Source: a virus
Virus record (IMG/VR): IMGVR_UViG_3300037086_000398
Location: 4,362-68,361 of that record
Strand: one strand, 5' to 3'
DNA: 64,000 nucleotides
Part shown: piece after piece, positions 63,370 through 64,000 of the stretch
How the letters are laid out: every line of letters starts with the position of its first letter
Numbering within the stretch: position 1 is the stretch's first letter
The notes under the pieces: model-generated
Told to the model about the DNA's origin: nothing
The model's input: only the letters and a program-made list of their open reading frames with translations
The model's database searches: none
Translations under genes and position numbers: made by a program

Positions 63370-63523
63370 AAGCCAAAAAGCCAAGATGCTTTTGTTGGGA
63401 CATGGGTGTCTCGATTGTTATCATCGTAAAAGTGATGGCTACATTGGATGGTGTAGTGTTGATTACACCAGAGATGAATATGATCCTCACAATGGATTTT
63501 GTATAGATTGGAAGAAGGATTAA
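63350..63523 (+). CDS. SCR-family small Cys4 protein (57 aa)
   Basis: 'KAKMLLLGHGCLDC..C...GFCIDW'; found by hand. Confidence 0.55.
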   Translation: MAMKLSESQKAKMLLLGHGCLDCYHRKSDGYIGWCSVDYTRDEYDPHNGFCIDWKKD

Positions 63524-63709
63524 ATGAATCTCTTCACCGAAGATGAAATAGCCAAAACACTTCTTTTAGGATATACTTGCTTCAATTGTTGTATGTATTC
63601 GGGTGATATGAAGCAGGGTTGGTGCTATGTCAACACGAGATATCCTGCGGCCGATTCATTTTGTGAGAAGTTTGTGAAGAGTGGGTCAAATGAAACAATC
63701 CTTTTCTGA
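63524..63709 (+). CDS. SCR-family small Cys4 protein
   Basis: 'IAKTLLLGYTCFNCC..C...SFCEKF'. Confidence 0.6.
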   Translation: MNLFTEDEIAKTLLLGYTCFNCCMYSGDMKQGWCYVNTRYPAADSFCEKFVKSGSNETILF

Positions 63710-63956
63710 CAACGAACACGCAAAAAGACTCCTCATGGGAGAAAGCTGTTGGAGTTGTCAATATTGCATTAGAGGAAGTTTCAAACCAAAAGATTGGATG
63801 TGTCGTAATCATCAGAAATCAGATATATTAAGAGAAGAACCAAATCTAGATTGTCCTAAGGAATTGATTTGTGATTTTTATTTACGATCTGGTTCAAGTC
63901 CTATGGGCGTCACGCGACATATTCAAAAAATGGCCAAGAAATATGAGAAAAGATGA
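63681..63956 (+). CDS. SCR-family small Cys protein
   Basis: 'HAKRLLMGESCWSCQYC..C...C..LICDFY'. Confidence 0.55.
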   Translation: MGQMKQSFSDNEHAKRLLMGESCWSCQYCIRGSFKPKDWMCRNHQKSDILREEPNLDCPKELICDFYLRSGSSPMGVTRHIQKMAKKYEKR

Positions 63957-64000
63957 GTTTGCCAAAATGCTTCTCGAGGGCACAACCTGTATCGATTGTT
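63943..64000 (+). CDS. SCR-family member, 3'-truncated at window edge
   Basis: 'MRKDEFAKMLLEGTTCIDC...'. Confidence 0.45.
   Translation, partial: MRKDEFAKMLLEGTTCIDC

Overview
This window reads as a 64-kb segment of a large, AT-rich (about 35-38% GC by eye) tailed-phage genome. Almost every gene is on the + strand, with heavy translational coupling (ATGA overlaps) and many rho-independent terminators that share one hairpin (CCCCTC-GAAA-GAGGGG). A T4-like head module sits at 17.1-23.8 kb: portal gp20-like, a 441-aa unknown, prohead protease gp21-like, acidic scaffold gp22-like, and major capsid gp23-like (its internal segment 'AVKTRKLKAMWSQESEQDLKAYHGLSADAELTALVSNEMIAEIDREIIQ' matches T4 gp23 as I recall it). 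Chaperone genes are present: full-length DnaJ, a second J-domain protein, and Hsp20. The dominant unusual signal is a family of more than 35 paralogous ~60-aa Cys4 proteins, referred to below as the SCR family. Each has a conserved N-terminal helix ('..IAKNLLEGKTC..C') and a conserved C-terminal motif ('(E)NTCExW/F'); the ~40 nt encoding the helix are conserved between copies while the ~35-aa middle is hypervariable. They lie in tandem arrays at 1.0-4.9 kb and 60.7-64.0+ kb, with scattered copies at 25.2, 45.0, 50.2-50.6 and 57.2-57.6 kb. A radical-SAM/SPASM-like enzyme sits directly upstream of the second array. Higher-GC cargo modules (about 48-50% GC, and two small islands near 65% GC) are embedded in the AT-rich backbone. 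These modules are: a major-vault-protein (MVP) homolog; an XpaC/TelA/SBP-OmpA/vWA lipoprotein cluster; a nicotinamidase-like/vWA(TerY-like)/CYTH/PP2C/Ser-Thr-kinase cluster that matches the described TerY-P triad; a nucleotidyltransferase-radical-SAM-SPASM fusion on the minus strand; a SpoT-like HD-domain ppGpp hydrolase; a DHH phosphoesterase; a PPAT (CoaD-like) and a Pol-beta-type nucleotidyltransferase; an AP2-domain mini-gene; and a histone-H1-like Lys/Ala-rich gene. A tRNA-like locus at about 49.55-49.80 kb has a canonical T-arm plus 3' acceptor strand lying upstream of a canonical acceptor 5' strand plus D-arm whose acceptor strands are complementary; I could not fold it into a normal tRNA. 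Every call comes from reading the translated ORFs and motifs by eye. No database search was possible, and start codons are approximate where noted.
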